From a virus (lineage: Duplodnaviria; Caudoviricetes), in the IMG/VR virus record IMGVR_UViG_3300023100_000003, positions 1-64,000 of that record: DNA of 64,000 nt; one strand, given 5' to 3'. Below are positions 1 to 9,680 of this stretch, in pieces (position 1 is the stretch's first letter; every line of letters starts with the position of its first letter). The notes beneath the pieces were generated by a model. That model was not told where the DNA came from. It searched no databases and worked only from the letters and a program-made list of their open reading frames with translations. Made by a program: the position numbers and the translations under genes.

Positions 1-1131
1 TGTATTCCAGTTATCACTTGAAACTGGAGCTGTACCTACGCCATAGTCACCAACTTTAACTACTCTTCCTGTAGTGATATCAGTTGTGGAAGTAGTTAAT
101 ACTCCAGCAGCAGCTGTACCTTGAGAAGCAATAGTAGCATACGTAGAAGCCGCTGTAGCTGTCTTTAAATAGCTTTGACCAACAACGTATGCTGTGGTAG
201 CCAGTTGTGTTGTATTAGTGTCTACAGACGCTGTGGGAGCTGCTGGAACTCCTGTAAATGTAGGGGAAGCTAAAGGGGCTGATCCTGATACTTGGCTATT
301 AGTAATACCAGTTAAAGCTGCTCCACTACCTGAGGGTAATATGTAATCAGTTCCAGCAACAGCAGCACTGAACGCTGTACCATTACCTTTAACCATTCCA
401 TTTACTGTAGTACTTAGTGTGAAGGCAGGAGTAGATGTAGCTGTCGCTACAGATCCAGATAAACCGTTTGCTGTAACAACACTAGCACTAGTTACTGTAC
501 CCGAACCTCCTCCACCTCCAGCAATAACAATATTACCCGAACCGAGTATTGATTCCCCATTAATAGTCTTAACATCTGTACCACTAACTACAGCACTGAT
601 ACCAGTACCATCTCCTTTCACTAAACCAGTAACTGAAGTACCAATAGAAATAGAAGGTGAAGTGGTAGCATTAGCTACATTACCTGTGAAACCATTAGTA
701 GATACAACAGAAGCTGTAGTGACAGAACCTTTACCATCTAATGTGGATTGTAGCCCAATTACATCAGAAATAGAGTGTGTATGAGATATAGGAGTACGAG
801 CATCGGATAAACGGGTATCTGTTCCTCTGACAACTTCACTCACCCCAGCATTACCTGAAGAAGGTACATTAAGAGCTGAAGCTGTACCTAATGTAGGTTT
901 GTTAGATACATTGTTTACATAATCTATCATCCCATCGTCGTTAGGATCATACACTGACTTCAGCATATCTCCTGAACCAGAGCCACCCCCTCCACCTGAA
1001 GGAGTAACCCAACCTACATCAAAACTAGCACTACTTTTCTTTGTTAGTACTTGTCCAGTGGAACCACCTGAAGGGACAGAGACTGGTAGTACTGTCTCAA
1101 CTACCACACCTCCGTTAAATATTTCTGTCAT
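1..1131 (-). CDS. Tail-fibre-like protein, 3'-truncated by the window edge (absent from ORF track)
   Basis: ATG at 1131 overlaps the stop of the upstream ORF (ATGA). Reads MTEIFNGGVVVETVLPVSVPSGGSTGQVLTKKS...GDMLKSVYDPNDDG and contains fibre motifs such as APLASPTFTGVPAAPTASVDTNNTQLATTAYV. Confidence 0.75.
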   Translation of the reverse strand, partial: MTEIFNGGVVVETVLPVSVPSGGSTGQVLTKKSSASFDVGWVTPSGGGGGSGSGDMLKSVYDPNDDGMIDYVNNVSNKPTLGTASALNVPSSGNAGVSEVVRGTDTRLSDARTPISHTHSISDVIGLQSTLDGKGSVTTASVVSTNGFTGNVANATTSPSISIGTSVTGLVKGDGTGISAVVSGTDVKTINGESILGSGNIVIAGGGGGSGTVTSASVVTANGLSGSVATATSTPAFTLSTTVNGMVKGNGTAFSAAVAGTDYILPSGSGAALTGITNSQVSGSAPLASPTFTGVPAAPTASVDTNTTQLATTAYVVGQSYLKTATAASTYATIASQGTAAAGVLTTSTTDITTGRVVKVGDYGVGTAPVSSDNWNT

Positions 1132-1466
1132 CTAGCTACTCCCCAATTCAGGATTATTTTATCAGTTGGGCTTCTTTCGCCATCTGTATCATCAGTGTTA
1201 ACCAACCAGCAATCTATAACTGCTGAATTAAATGTGTAAGTAAGTGTTACGGAAGGAGGTAAGTTAAGAGAAACAGAACCATCTAAATCATCCACGGTTA
1301 CATATTCACTAGTCCTATCGAAGCTTGCTATCAAAGTAGAAGATTTCTCAGATGGTCTTAATTGAATTGATACTGTATAATCTGTTAGATTCTTAGGTGC
1401 ATCTCCATATACCCATCTCCAAGTTTGAAAGAACTCAACACCACGAGTCATTGTTTTTGTAACCAT
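1128..1466 (-). CDS. Virion structural protein, BppU N-terminal-like fibre adaptor
   Basis: NLTDYTVSIQLR...DGSVSLNLPPSVT pattern; directly upstream of a fibre gene. Confidence 0.5.
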   Translation of the reverse strand: MVTKTMTRGVEFFQTWRWVYGDAPKNLTDYTVSIQLRPSEKSSTLIASFDRTSEYVTVDDLDGSVSLNLPPSVTLTYTFNSAVIDCWLVNTDDTDGERSPTDKIILNWGVAR

Positions 1467-1469
1467 TTA

Positions 1470-2465
1470 TTACATCCCGAATAACCAGAGTAAGGCCATC
1501 TTAGAAGGGGCCACTTGACCATTAATTAAAGTGATTTGAGTTACAATACCCGTAGTAACATTTCTCTTATATAAAGTTTGAGAGCCTGCATAACTTGTGA
1601 AAATACCCCCATCTACATCAATGTAATTTGTAGCAGCGCCTAAGCTTGCTGCCGTAGGGAATATAATCTGATCCCCTATTGAGAGGGATACCTGATTACC
1701 TAAGTAAGCTGAACCAGAATTTACACTTGTAAGCGTTACTAATGTGTATCCAGCTTGTGGATTAATTGTGGTTGTACTACTTACTGTTTTAGTACCATCA
1801 CCCGCACTCACTGCTTGACTTGAACCAAGTAAGAACCCTTGGACACCTTCTACCCACAATGGAATTGAAAATGTACCATCACCAGAAGCAGCAGATAAAG
1901 AAGAAACTTGTTTACCACCAATTGTTAAACTTGTAAGACTTCCAAGACCTGTTGTAGTGATTGAACCAGAGCCACCTAATGTAAGAGGGTTTGTGATTGT
2001 GTCAAGAGTATCGCCACCACCAACAGTACCATCCCCCCACAATTGTAGCTGTTGTACTCCACCATCATCGGTAGTTGTCATTGATGCTGAGGGAGATGAG
2101 TAAGTGCCTCCATCATATATCTTAGCAGGACTTACACCGTCTGTTAGGAAGTAGAAATAACTCCCAGTAAAGTAAACACAAAGTTTATAAGTTGTACCAG
2201 AAACTACAGGTACAGCAGAAGTTAGTGTTCCTGTTATTACACCATTACCTGAAGGGGCTATACCTGTACTTCCAAGTAATGCTCCTGCTGCTGAGTAAAC
2301 AAGGAACACTAAATTATCTGCATCTCCATCTACAAGAAAACTAATGGTCTCTAAAGATCCAGTTGCAGAAGCAACATAATCTCTAACATACATTCTTGTT
2401 CCTGTTTGACCATTAGCAAAGGTAGGTGTTCCAGAACCGACTACGGTTCCTATTAATAATGTCAT
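1470..2465 (-). CDS. Putative virion/receptor-binding structural protein (beta-rich, G/S/T-rich)
   Basis: 331 aa with G/S/T-rich composition, inside the fibre module. Confidence 0.45.
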   Translation of the reverse strand: MTLLIGTVVGSGTPTFANGQTGTRMYVRDYVASATGSLETISFLVDGDADNLVFLVYSAAGALLGSTGIAPSGNGVITGTLTSAVPVVSGTTYKLCVYFTGSYFYFLTDGVSPAKIYDGGTYSSPSASMTTTDDGGVQQLQLWGDGTVGGGDTLDTITNPLTLGGSGSITTTGLGSLTSLTIGGKQVSSLSAASGDGTFSIPLWVEGVQGFLLGSSQAVSAGDGTKTVSSTTTINPQAGYTLVTLTSVNSGSAYLGNQVSLSIGDQIIFPTAASLGAATNYIDVDGGIFTSYAGSQTLYKRNVTTGIVTQITLINGQVAPSKMALLWLFGM

Positions 2466-4021
2466 AGTACTTGTGATCCTTTAGTTCCAAGGTTGCTCAC
2501 AAAGCCACCGTTGAGTTTATTGTTTATATCAAGAATTCCAGAAGCGATGTTACCAGCAACATAACCAGTATGTGTGAATGTACCTTGGTATTCATAGAGT
2601 CTTACACCGTTGGTATTTGTACCACCACAAACTAATACGTTATTTGATGAAAGTATTACGCTTGTAGATGCTTGACCTCTAGCATGAATACCTGCTGCAT
2701 TCTGTGCATAAAAAGTATTTCTGTATACATAATGGTGAGTGCCTACATCTATAAATTCATTAGAGAAAGATATAGCACCAATACCTATACCCTCTAGATC
2801 TGAACCATAATAACGATAGTTGTTATAGCTTATATCATAGTAGTTCATGGGGAAATACCCAGCATAAGCATCCATACGGAAAAGCTTTTGAGTATTTGTA
2901 GTACCAATACTGTAGTTCCCACGGAATGTAAAATAATCGACACTAGTTTTAGGATAGAAACCATGGCCACCACCATCTGTGGTTGTACAATTTTCCATGC
3001 TGTTTCTTTCTATTACTGTGTGCCTCATAGAATATCCAAGGAAGATGTCACGATCCTTAATATTTTTAAAAGTATTTTTCATTATTACACAGTACCAAGC
3101 ATTATCTGTACTTGCTTGTGCAGCACCTGTGTTAGTCCACATTAAGAATGTAGAATTTGAACCAGCAGGATTAGGATTACTTAAATTCTCTAGGTCAATA
3201 ATATTTTCAAAGAATACAGTTCTGCTAGCGCCTTCAAGTCTAAAAAATTGATCATACTCTCTGATGTTATTACGACCTGATGGAATCTTAAAGGTAAATC
3301 CGCTGAACCAATAATCACCACTTATCTGAGCACCAATTGAAGAAACTGCTTGGTGCATAATGACTGATTCATTGTTATAAGGTAAGTAGGTTTTAGGAAG
3401 TGCATGAAGGTTAGCTGGTCTTTCTTCCCAATCAACAGTTCCTGCTCGGAATAAGACTTTCTTAGTTGTTTGATTGAGTAGGGGAGCTAAACTATTATAA
3501 GGGCTAGCAAAAGTTCCTGTGCCATTTGTAACAGCATTCTTATCTACGAATAACCAATCTGCTGTTCCCACAACCAATTGCCAAGATATCGTGTTTACAA
3601 TATTGTTTTGATCTGTGACTCTTACAGTTATTGTATAAGTTCCAGCTACTGAATTTGCCCAAGTAATAATACCATAATTATCATCTGCTATTAATTCTCC
3701 ACCACTCAGAGTTAACTGACTACCTATAGTCATACCTGAAGGGCCAGCTAGTAATTCAAAATAAAATGGCCATGCTCCCCCTTCAACACCAATTGGTACT
3801 CTATATTGCTCTCCTGTGTAGTTAACACGATGTCTAGAGTTAACCGCAGTTTCAGAATCAGGTCTGGGGTATGTAATTAGAGGAGACATATAACCTTCAA
3901 AATGTCCCGCTGTTAACTGCCAACCACTAATAGCCCTATCCCCATTTGGGTAATTGGATGCGTATATTGGATCACTACTGTTGGGGAATAATATGCCACG
4001 CATATCAACTGTTACTGGCAT
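2462..4021 (-). CDS. Ig-like plus right-handed beta-helix protein, putative depolymerase/tailspike
   Basis: GPSGMTI...AGTYTITVRVTD (Ig/cadherin-like), then FVDKNAVTNGTGTFASPY and N-ladder repeats (FFENII, IMKNTF, IERNSM, FRGNYS, VYRNTF). Confidence 0.55.
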   Translation of the reverse strand: MPVTVDMRGILFPNSSDPIYASNYPNGDRAISGWQLTAGHFEGYMSPLITYPRPDSETAVNSRHRVNYTGEQYRVPIGVEGGAWPFYFELLAGPSGMTIGSQLTLSGGELIADDNYGIITWANSVAGTYTITVRVTDQNNIVNTISWQLVVGTADWLFVDKNAVTNGTGTFASPYNSLAPLLNQTTKKVLFRAGTVDWEERPANLHALPKTYLPYNNESVIMHQAVSSIGAQISGDYWFSGFTFKIPSGRNNIREYDQFFRLEGASRTVFFENIIDLENLSNPNPAGSNSTFLMWTNTGAAQASTDNAWYCVIMKNTFKNIKDRDIFLGYSMRHTVIERNSMENCTTTDGGGHGFYPKTSVDYFTFRGNYSIGTTNTQKLFRMDAYAGYFPMNYYDISYNNYRYYGSDLEGIGIGAISFSNEFIDVGTHHYVYRNTFYAQNAAGIHARGQASTSVILSSNNVLVCGGTNTNGVRLYEYQGTFTHTGYVAGNIASGILDINNKLNGGFVSNLGTKGSQVL

Positions 4022-4036
4022 AATCTAAACCTTCTA

Positions 4037-4516
4037 TTATAATTTATAAGTAGAGAGAACATCTCCAGCTAACATTGCAGTTGATTGTCTTTTCCAACGT
4101 TTAGGGGCTACTCTTCGAGCAACATCACTATCCATCATTTCTTCAGCTGCCTTTTTCCAATCTTTATCAAGAATGGCTTTTATCATCTGAGAGAATTTAG
4201 ATACACCACCTACACCTAATTGATACCACATAGAAATGAGGATAGCCCTTCTATCTGAGTCTTCTGCTAAAGATTCCCATACAGGTTTTAATATCTTATT
4301 AGTTGAGAGTTCTTTAACAGCCAATACTAATTTCTTATCTAAAGCTTCTTGTGCTTGTTCAACTGACCAAACTATATCAGGTAGTGGTTCACCTTTAGCG
4401 CCAATTACCTCTCCCCAACCAATGGTAGGAAATCCTTCTGTACAGTAGTAGGGCTTTGCTCTAAAACCCTCTTCTGCTTTAATTACTCTTACTGCTAGAA
4501 ATATTTCTCTACTCAC
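4037..4516 (-). CDS. Endolysin, T4-lysozyme-like (GH24)
   Basis: EEGFRAKPYYCTEGFPTIGWG catalytic region and MWYQLGVGGVSKF. Likely start is GTG at 4516 after AAGGTGA. Confidence 0.9.
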   Translation of the reverse strand: MSREIFLAVRVIKAEEGFRAKPYYCTEGFPTIGWGEVIGAKGEPLPDIVWSVEQAQEALDKKLVLAVKELSTNKILKPVWESLAEDSDRRAILISMWYQLGVGGVSKFSQMIKAILDKDWKKAAEEMMDSDVARRVAPKRWKRQSTAMLAGDVLSTYKL

Positions 4517-4751
4517 TATCTTCACCTTCTGTTTTATTTCTTTGCATAGAACCATACATTTTGTAGAGTAAACCACCAATGGTTCCTACAAAAGCAAACA
4601 ATGCTCCCACGTTAGTAGCATCTAATGTACATGCATTAATTTTGTAAAACTCTATTAACGTCCACATTGTCCAACAAAGAAAGGTAACCACTAATAAAGG
4701 GGCTACATTCCATTTCAGTAAAGTGAGACGTAGTAATTCTAAATATTTCAT
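4509..4751 (-). CDS. Putative holin
   Basis: 80 aa, two hydrophobic segments, charged C-tail, overlaps the endolysin start. Confidence 0.6.
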   Translation of the reverse strand: MKYLELLRLTLLKWNVAPLLVVTFLCWTMWTLIEFYKINACTLDATNVGALFAFVGTIGGLLYKMYGSMQRNKTEGEDSE

Positions 4752-5083
4752 TCTTTGTGATTCTTACCTCTCTGATAAGCCATTTCTGTTGCTAGCTTTA
4801 ACTGAATGTCTTGTAGTACGTCCCCAAAGTGATCCATTTTGTCTTTAATTTCCTTTACTGTGCTACTCATCGGTTCTATAGCATCTTTGATGATTTCACG
4901 TACTCTAATTTCATTAACAGATGTAATCTTAAGTTGCTCTACTTCTAACTTCATTCTTGCAAAATCATCTTCACTTATTTTAGCTCTATCTAATTTTCTT
5001 TGTACTAAGAATGTAATTATTCCCCCAAGGATCAATGATCCAATTAAGAATAATATTTGTGTGCTTGTGATATCGACTTCCAC
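4748..5083 (-). CDS. Single-TM coiled-coil lysis-cassette protein (holin/antiholin candidate)
   Basis: N-terminal TM segment followed by heptad-rich helix; between spanins and endolysin. Confidence 0.45.
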   Translation of the reverse strand: MEVDITSTQILFLIGSLILGGIITFLVQRKLDRAKISEDDFARMKLEVEQLKITSVNEIRVREIIKDAIEPMSSTVKEIKDKMDHFGDVLQDIQLKLATEMAYQRGKNHKE

Positions 5084-5095
5084 GATATAAACCTT

Positions 5096-5398
5096 TTATT
5101 TATTTTGAGAGGGAGATTCCTTAGCTATATATTTATCATTTAACATAGAAGCTTGTTTTGTTTTTATGTTACAAGCTTTCACATTCTTTAAAGTATCTGT
5201 ATAGGCTATAGAAAGTAATTTTAAAAGATCATCCTTGGTTTTAGCTCCCTCTTGTACAGGGACGACTTTACATTCTTGTAACAAATCTTTTGAAAATGTT
5301 ACGTACTCAGTTTTGGTTTTGTAGACTGTATGCGGTGTGCAAGATGTTGTAATACTTAGTGACAATAGGGTCAACAGTATTATCTTTATTACTTTCAT
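5096..5398 (-). CDS. Outer-membrane spanin (Rz1-like lipoprotein)
   Basis: MKVIKIILLTLLSLSITTSC lipoprotein signal and LLQEC motif; overlaps the i-spanin 3' end. Confidence 0.75.
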   Translation of the reverse strand: MKVIKIILLTLLSLSITTSCTPHTVYKTKTEYVTFSKDLLQECKVVPVQEGAKTKDDLLKLLSIAYTDTLKNVKACNIKTKQASMLNDKYIAKESPSQNK

Positions 5399-5684
5399 TT
5401 GATTTAACTTCCTTTGTGGGGCTGCAATCAATTTCATTTATTTGTTGAACTAGGGAACTGTAAGAAGCATCTGAAACTCTCGTATCATTGAGTATTGTTT
5501 TACTCATACCTCTTTCAATTTCTAATCTATCTTTTTTATCTTTAACTTCTTCTTGCAATGACTTGATTGTATCAAGTTGGGTGGTTATCTCAACATCCTT
5601 GGCTTTTAACTTTAGATGTTGAGTATAAGACAAACCACCAGCAAGCACTAAAAGTAATGATAATACTGCTATTACTTTTATCAT
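5307..5684 (-). CDS. Inner-membrane spanin (Rz-like)
   Basis: N-terminal TM, long coiled coil, C-terminal Cys; overlaps the o-spanin. Confidence 0.75.
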   Translation of the reverse strand: MIKVIAVLSLLLVLAGGLSYTQHLKLKAKDVEITTQLDTIKSLQEEVKDKKDRLEIERGMSKTILNDTRVSDASYSSLVQQINEIDCSPTKEVKSNESNKDNTVDPIVTKYYNILHTAYSLQNQN

Positions 5685-5694
5685 TTATAAACCT

Positions 5695-6513
5695 TTACAG
5701 TTGTGAATAATTTTTCCCAGAACCTGAGTTATATAGACTACTTCTCTCTGCACTGTTCAATACTCTATCCCACACACCAATACAGTCTGCATAAGCTGCA
5801 AAGTAGTAGTTAGGAGCAGCAGCAGATGTTGCAATCGAAGGCGCTCTCTCTATTGTCAATTGTGATGCAGGAGGAGAGGGGGTTTGTCTTCCATACACTG
5901 TACCGTTATTAATTTGAAAGTACTCGGAACCATTAACACCTTGGGATTTATCATTAAAATCGTACCAATAACAAACATACTTCCACACTGAAAATCCGTG
6001 TGGTATTGTTGTTACTGTTGTACCTGAACCAGCAAATGTGATACTTTGTGGGTTACTTGAACCTGCACCCAAACCACTAAAAGCTATTCCCATATTAGGA
6101 GTATTATAATTTCCTGTAGTGCTAAGGTAAGGAAAAGCTAACGCATAAGACTTCGTACCTACAACACCATCACCATCAGCGGTTTTAATCCAACCAGCAA
6201 ACGTACCGCTTGTATTGTTTAAAGTAACTGGAGGAATGATAGATCCTGCATAGAAAGCACCGGTCTTAACCGGTTGTGTCCTTACACATGAAGTTCCAAC
6301 TTTTTGTTCACCACTATTACTTGGATTTATATCATTTAACGGTATATCTTCCCCAACAGAAATATTTCCATTAAAGAAATAGGGGTTGCTCCCATCATAG
6401 GAATTAAGAGTATTTTCAAAGTCCCAATATCCTAACAAACCAGTTTTTAACTCTACAGTTAAAGGAATTTCGCTCACACTTAATAAACTAACTCCTGTTG
6501 ATATTCCTGCCAT
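5695..6513 (-). CDS. LamG/concanavalin A-like lectin protein, putative fibre-tip adhesin
   Basis: GLLGYWDFE, TFAGWIK and IGVWDRVLNSAERSSLYN are typical LamG-like motifs. Confidence 0.7.
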   Translation of the reverse strand: MAGISTGVSLLSVSEIPLTVELKTGLLGYWDFENTLNSYDGSNPYFFNGNISVGEDIPLNDINPSNSGEQKVGTSCVRTQPVKTGAFYAGSIIPPVTLNNTSGTFAGWIKTADGDGVVGTKSYALAFPYLSTTGNYNTPNMGIAFSGLGAGSSNPQSITFAGSGTTVTTIPHGFSVWKYVCYWYDFNDKSQGVNGSEYFQINNGTVYGRQTPSPPASQLTIERAPSIATSAAAPNYYFAAYADCIGVWDRVLNSAERSSLYNSGSGKNYSQL

Positions 6514-6535
6514 TATAATAACCTCTTATCAAAAA

Positions 6536-6991
6536 TCATCTTACTGCCCTTATAGTCATATTTTCTGATAAGATAGTAACTAGACTACTGTTCCTTACCT
6601 CAAAAGTGAAAGTTGATTCATAAGTACCCGTAGTTGAGGGTATGGAGTACATACCAACAACCATTGGAGAGGATGCGTTTTGCCAAACTCCATTCGCAGG
6701 GGACGAACCGGCTAAACTGTACCCAGAAACATACACATATCTAAATGAATAATCCTCTGGATTGTGGGAGTTTCCTGAAGGAGTTGCCCAATGATATGTA
6801 CCAAAATCAACATCATCCCAGATATAAGTTTTAGTAGTAATACGACCACTGGTTTCAAAAACTATACTTCTGGAAGTATAAGATGGAGTGTTAAGATTTC
6901 CAGTAACAGTAGTGTATTCAAGTTCTACAGTTCTTGGATTGTAATTTATTGAACTTATCGTTAATAAACTTACAGATGTATTGAAAGCCAT
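6536..6991 (-). CDS. Putative fibre-tip/adhesin protein
   Basis: Beta-rich, directly after the long fibre; shares an N-terminal peptide with 5695..6513. Confidence 0.45.
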   Translation of the reverse strand: MAFNTSVSLLTISSINYNPRTVELEYTTVTGNLNTPSYTSRSIVFETSGRITTKTYIWDDVDFGTYHWATPSGNSHNPEDYSFRYVYVSGYSLAGSSPANGVWQNASSPMVVGMYSIPSTTGTYESTFTFEVRNSSLVTILSENMTIRAVR

Positions 6992-7000
6992 AATTAATCC

Positions 7001-9664
7001 TTACGCCATACCTTTACCGGAAGTAAAGACCATATAATTATCTGTTGCTCTTTTTCTGATAACGAAAACATCTGTAGCTCCTGAACTTAATGTTGGTAAT
7101 GTTCCACCAGCAGATTTAGTTCCAGATGGCCAAGATATGGTTCTAGTACCGCTAGTCACAAATTCAAGAGTTGCAGACCATGCCTCAGATGTGCTTGGGG
7201 CATTTGTAAAAGTAATCCCAGTTATATTAGCACTTACATTGATCTGAACATCAGTTCCATTTGCTAAGTTAATTGTAAGAGTACCAGAACTTGAATGTGT
7301 TATTACTTGAGTAGTTTGCGAAGGAGTTGCTTTGGTGATTGTGTTTGCTACAAGAGCCACGTTAGAACTTAGACGAGCATCAGCTAAAGTGCCAGTAGAT
7401 ATATTAGAAGCATTTAAAGCTGTTAGTCCAGAACCTATACCTGTAAAAGATGTAGCAGTTAAAGCTCCAATTCCAGTATCTCCTGCTTTATTAACAGGAG
7501 TGTACCCTAATGCAGCTTGGGCACCAATTGCAGTTAAAGCTGACCCAGAGGTTGTACCTATGTTGAGTAAGTTACTGGAATCATAAGGAGTAGTCCAACT
7601 ACCCCACACACCTGTAGAAGTATCTCCTACACGAGTACGAGTACGGTATATAGCTGTTGCTCTACGAGAAGCATATTGTGTAGCACTATCTCCACCTTCA
7701 ATATGAATTACCTTAGAACCACTATCCAGCTCTCCTGAAATTGCTTCTGTCAGACGAAAGAAACCTGTAGCACTAACAGCATTTAGTTGAGCTGCTGTTA
7801 CTGAGATGTTTGTTCCAGAGCTAGTTGCACCCAAACCCATCCAACCAACTGTAGGTAGACTCCCAACTGTAACATCAGTATTGGATGTAGTCTTTATTAA
7901 CTCTAAAGCAGTTCTTGCAGTACTTGCAGTAGTACCTATATCAAGTAAGTTGTGAGAGCCAAAATATTTATACCAACTACCCCATACACCAGACTCCCAC
8001 TCTCTTGCATACATACCTCTACTACTGGTAGTCCTTCCCACCGCTACTTGAACAGCATTATTAGAAGTTCTAGCTAGATGATTCACCATCCAATTTCCAG
8101 CGCCTGTTGGACGATTAGAGACGCCTGAATCAGCACCATACACAGCAGTGACTGAAATGAGGTCTAAATCGTTAGAGGGAATAGTGGTAGGAGTGTTGCC
8201 CAACCAACCCCCATCACCTACACGAAGAACCCTTCCTGATGTGGTATCACTATTTGAAGTAGTTAAAGTAGCTGCTGCTGCTGTACCAAGTGTTGGTTTG
8301 TTTAGTATCTGAGAATCACCACTAACACTATTCCAATCACTATTAACATTAACTTCTGCTCCTGTAGCAATACCATTTAACTTCGTCTCCAAGGCACTAG
8401 TAAAAGATGCAGTGGTATTAGTTAATACTGTAGCTAAAGGTTGTTTATTATTAAGTTGAGTTTGGATGTCTGAAGTTGTGTTAACTAAATATCCTAGCTG
8501 AGTAGATGTAACTGAACCTATAGAAGTTGTTGAAGGTAATACAACTGTACCGGTAAATGTAGGGGAAGCTAAAGGAGCATAAGCTGTAGTATCGTATGAT
8601 ATAGTACCAGCAGTACTCTTAACAAAACCTGTGCCACTTAAAGTAGCTTGTTTAGCATTTAAAGCTGATTGAGTAGCGGTGCTAATAGGTTTAGAAAGGT
8701 CTGATGTATTATCAACATTCCCCAATCCAACCATTGCCTTTGTAATACCAGACACTGTTCCTGTGAAGGTGGGATTATTGATTGGAGCATAACCTCCAGA
8801 CACTCCTGTGATAGAATCAATCTGGCCTTGAATACTAGATGTTACTCCATCAAGATAAGAGATCTCAGTAGCTGATACAGAACCAATACTGGTTGTACTA
8901 GGTAATACCACAGTTCCTGTGAAAGTAGGAGCAACTAGATTAGCTTTTAAATCCAAAGCTGTTTGTTGTAGAGTACTAACAGGCTTTGCTGTATCAGCAG
9001 TATTATCTACGTTAGCCAATCCTACATCTGTCTTAGTAAGAGTAACTGCTCCAGTTTTACCAGCAACAGAAGTGACTGCTGAATTTGTAGCATAACCTAG
9101 GGATTTTACCCAAGCTGTAGTAGCTAATTTAGTTGAGCTATCAGATCCAGTCACTGTAGGTGCTGTAGGAGTTCCTGTAAAGGTAGGGCTATCTAAAGGA
9201 GCTTTAGCGTCTAATGCTGTTTGTAATCCTGTTACCGTACTGATAGCCTGAACACCTGTATGGGTGGTTCTATCTCTCAAAGAAGCATCTGTGGAGTTTA
9301 CAGTAGCTCCAGATGCTATACCATTTAACTTAGTTTTATCTGTAGCATTCAAAGTGGATACAAAAGCACTCCCATTGTACTCATATTTAGCTCCTGTAGC
9401 TTTTTCAGTGACTACAAAACCTTTCGGAGTTGGGAACTTATACCAAGTACTATCTATCCGTGCATTGAGAGTATTATCAGATGTAAGGAAATATGCTGTA
9501 CCATTCATTGGTGAAGATGGAAGAGAACTTACAAACCCGTCAACATTCCCATTAAGCATGTAACTAAACTTCAAGAAGTTTTCATCAGCACCATCTTTCC
9601 AATCACCTTCACCTAAATCCCATCCCCATTTACCAGATAAGAACGGTTCTGTCTTCATTGTCAT
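7001..9664 (-). CDS. Long tail fibre protein
   Basis: DUF2793-like N-terminus; repeated PTFTGT and VGLxNVDNTxDxxKP shaft motifs; two knob-like domains ending WGSW. Confidence 0.85.
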   Translation of the reverse strand: MTMKTEPFLSGKWGWDLGEGDWKDGADENFLKFSYMLNGNVDGFVSSLPSSPMNGTAYFLTSDNTLNARIDSTWYKFPTPKGFVVTEKATGAKYEYNGSAFVSTLNATDKTKLNGIASGATVNSTDASLRDRTTHTGVQAISTVTGLQTALDAKAPLDSPTFTGTPTAPTVTGSDSSTKLATTAWVKSLGYATNSAVTSVAGKTGAVTLTKTDVGLANVDNTADTAKPVSTLQQTALDLKANLVAPTFTGTVVLPSTTSIGSVSATEISYLDGVTSSIQGQIDSITGVSGGYAPINNPTFTGTVSGITKAMVGLGNVDNTSDLSKPISTATQSALNAKQATLSGTGFVKSTAGTISYDTTAYAPLASPTFTGTVVLPSTTSIGSVTSTQLGYLVNTTSDIQTQLNNKQPLATVLTNTTASFTSALETKLNGIATGAEVNVNSDWNSVSGDSQILNKPTLGTAAAATLTTSNSDTTSGRVLRVGDGGWLGNTPTTIPSNDLDLISVTAVYGADSGVSNRPTGAGNWMVNHLARTSNNAVQVAVGRTTSSRGMYAREWESGVWGSWYKYFGSHNLLDIGTTASTARTALELIKTTSNTDVTVGSLPTVGWMGLGATSSGTNISVTAAQLNAVSATGFFRLTEAISGELDSGSKVIHIEGGDSATQYASRRATAIYRTRTRVGDTSTGVWGSWTTPYDSSNLLNIGTTSGSALTAIGAQAALGYTPVNKAGDTGIGALTATSFTGIGSGLTALNASNISTGTLADARLSSNVALVANTITKATPSQTTQVITHSSSGTLTINLANGTDVQINVSANITGITFTNAPSTSEAWSATLEFVTSGTRTISWPSGTKSAGGTLPTLSSGATDVFVIRKRATDNYMVFTSGKGMA

Positions 9665-9680
9665 TTGTTATTATCTCTTA

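Noticed and set aside
419-784. + strand ORF (and similar + ORFs at 2888, 2979, 4236, 4839, 7332, 9264, 12936, 13588, 16379, 19525, 25230, 26171, 26405, 29011, 32095)
   Set aside because: Antisense shadows of well-supported - strand structural genes; no SD or motifs.
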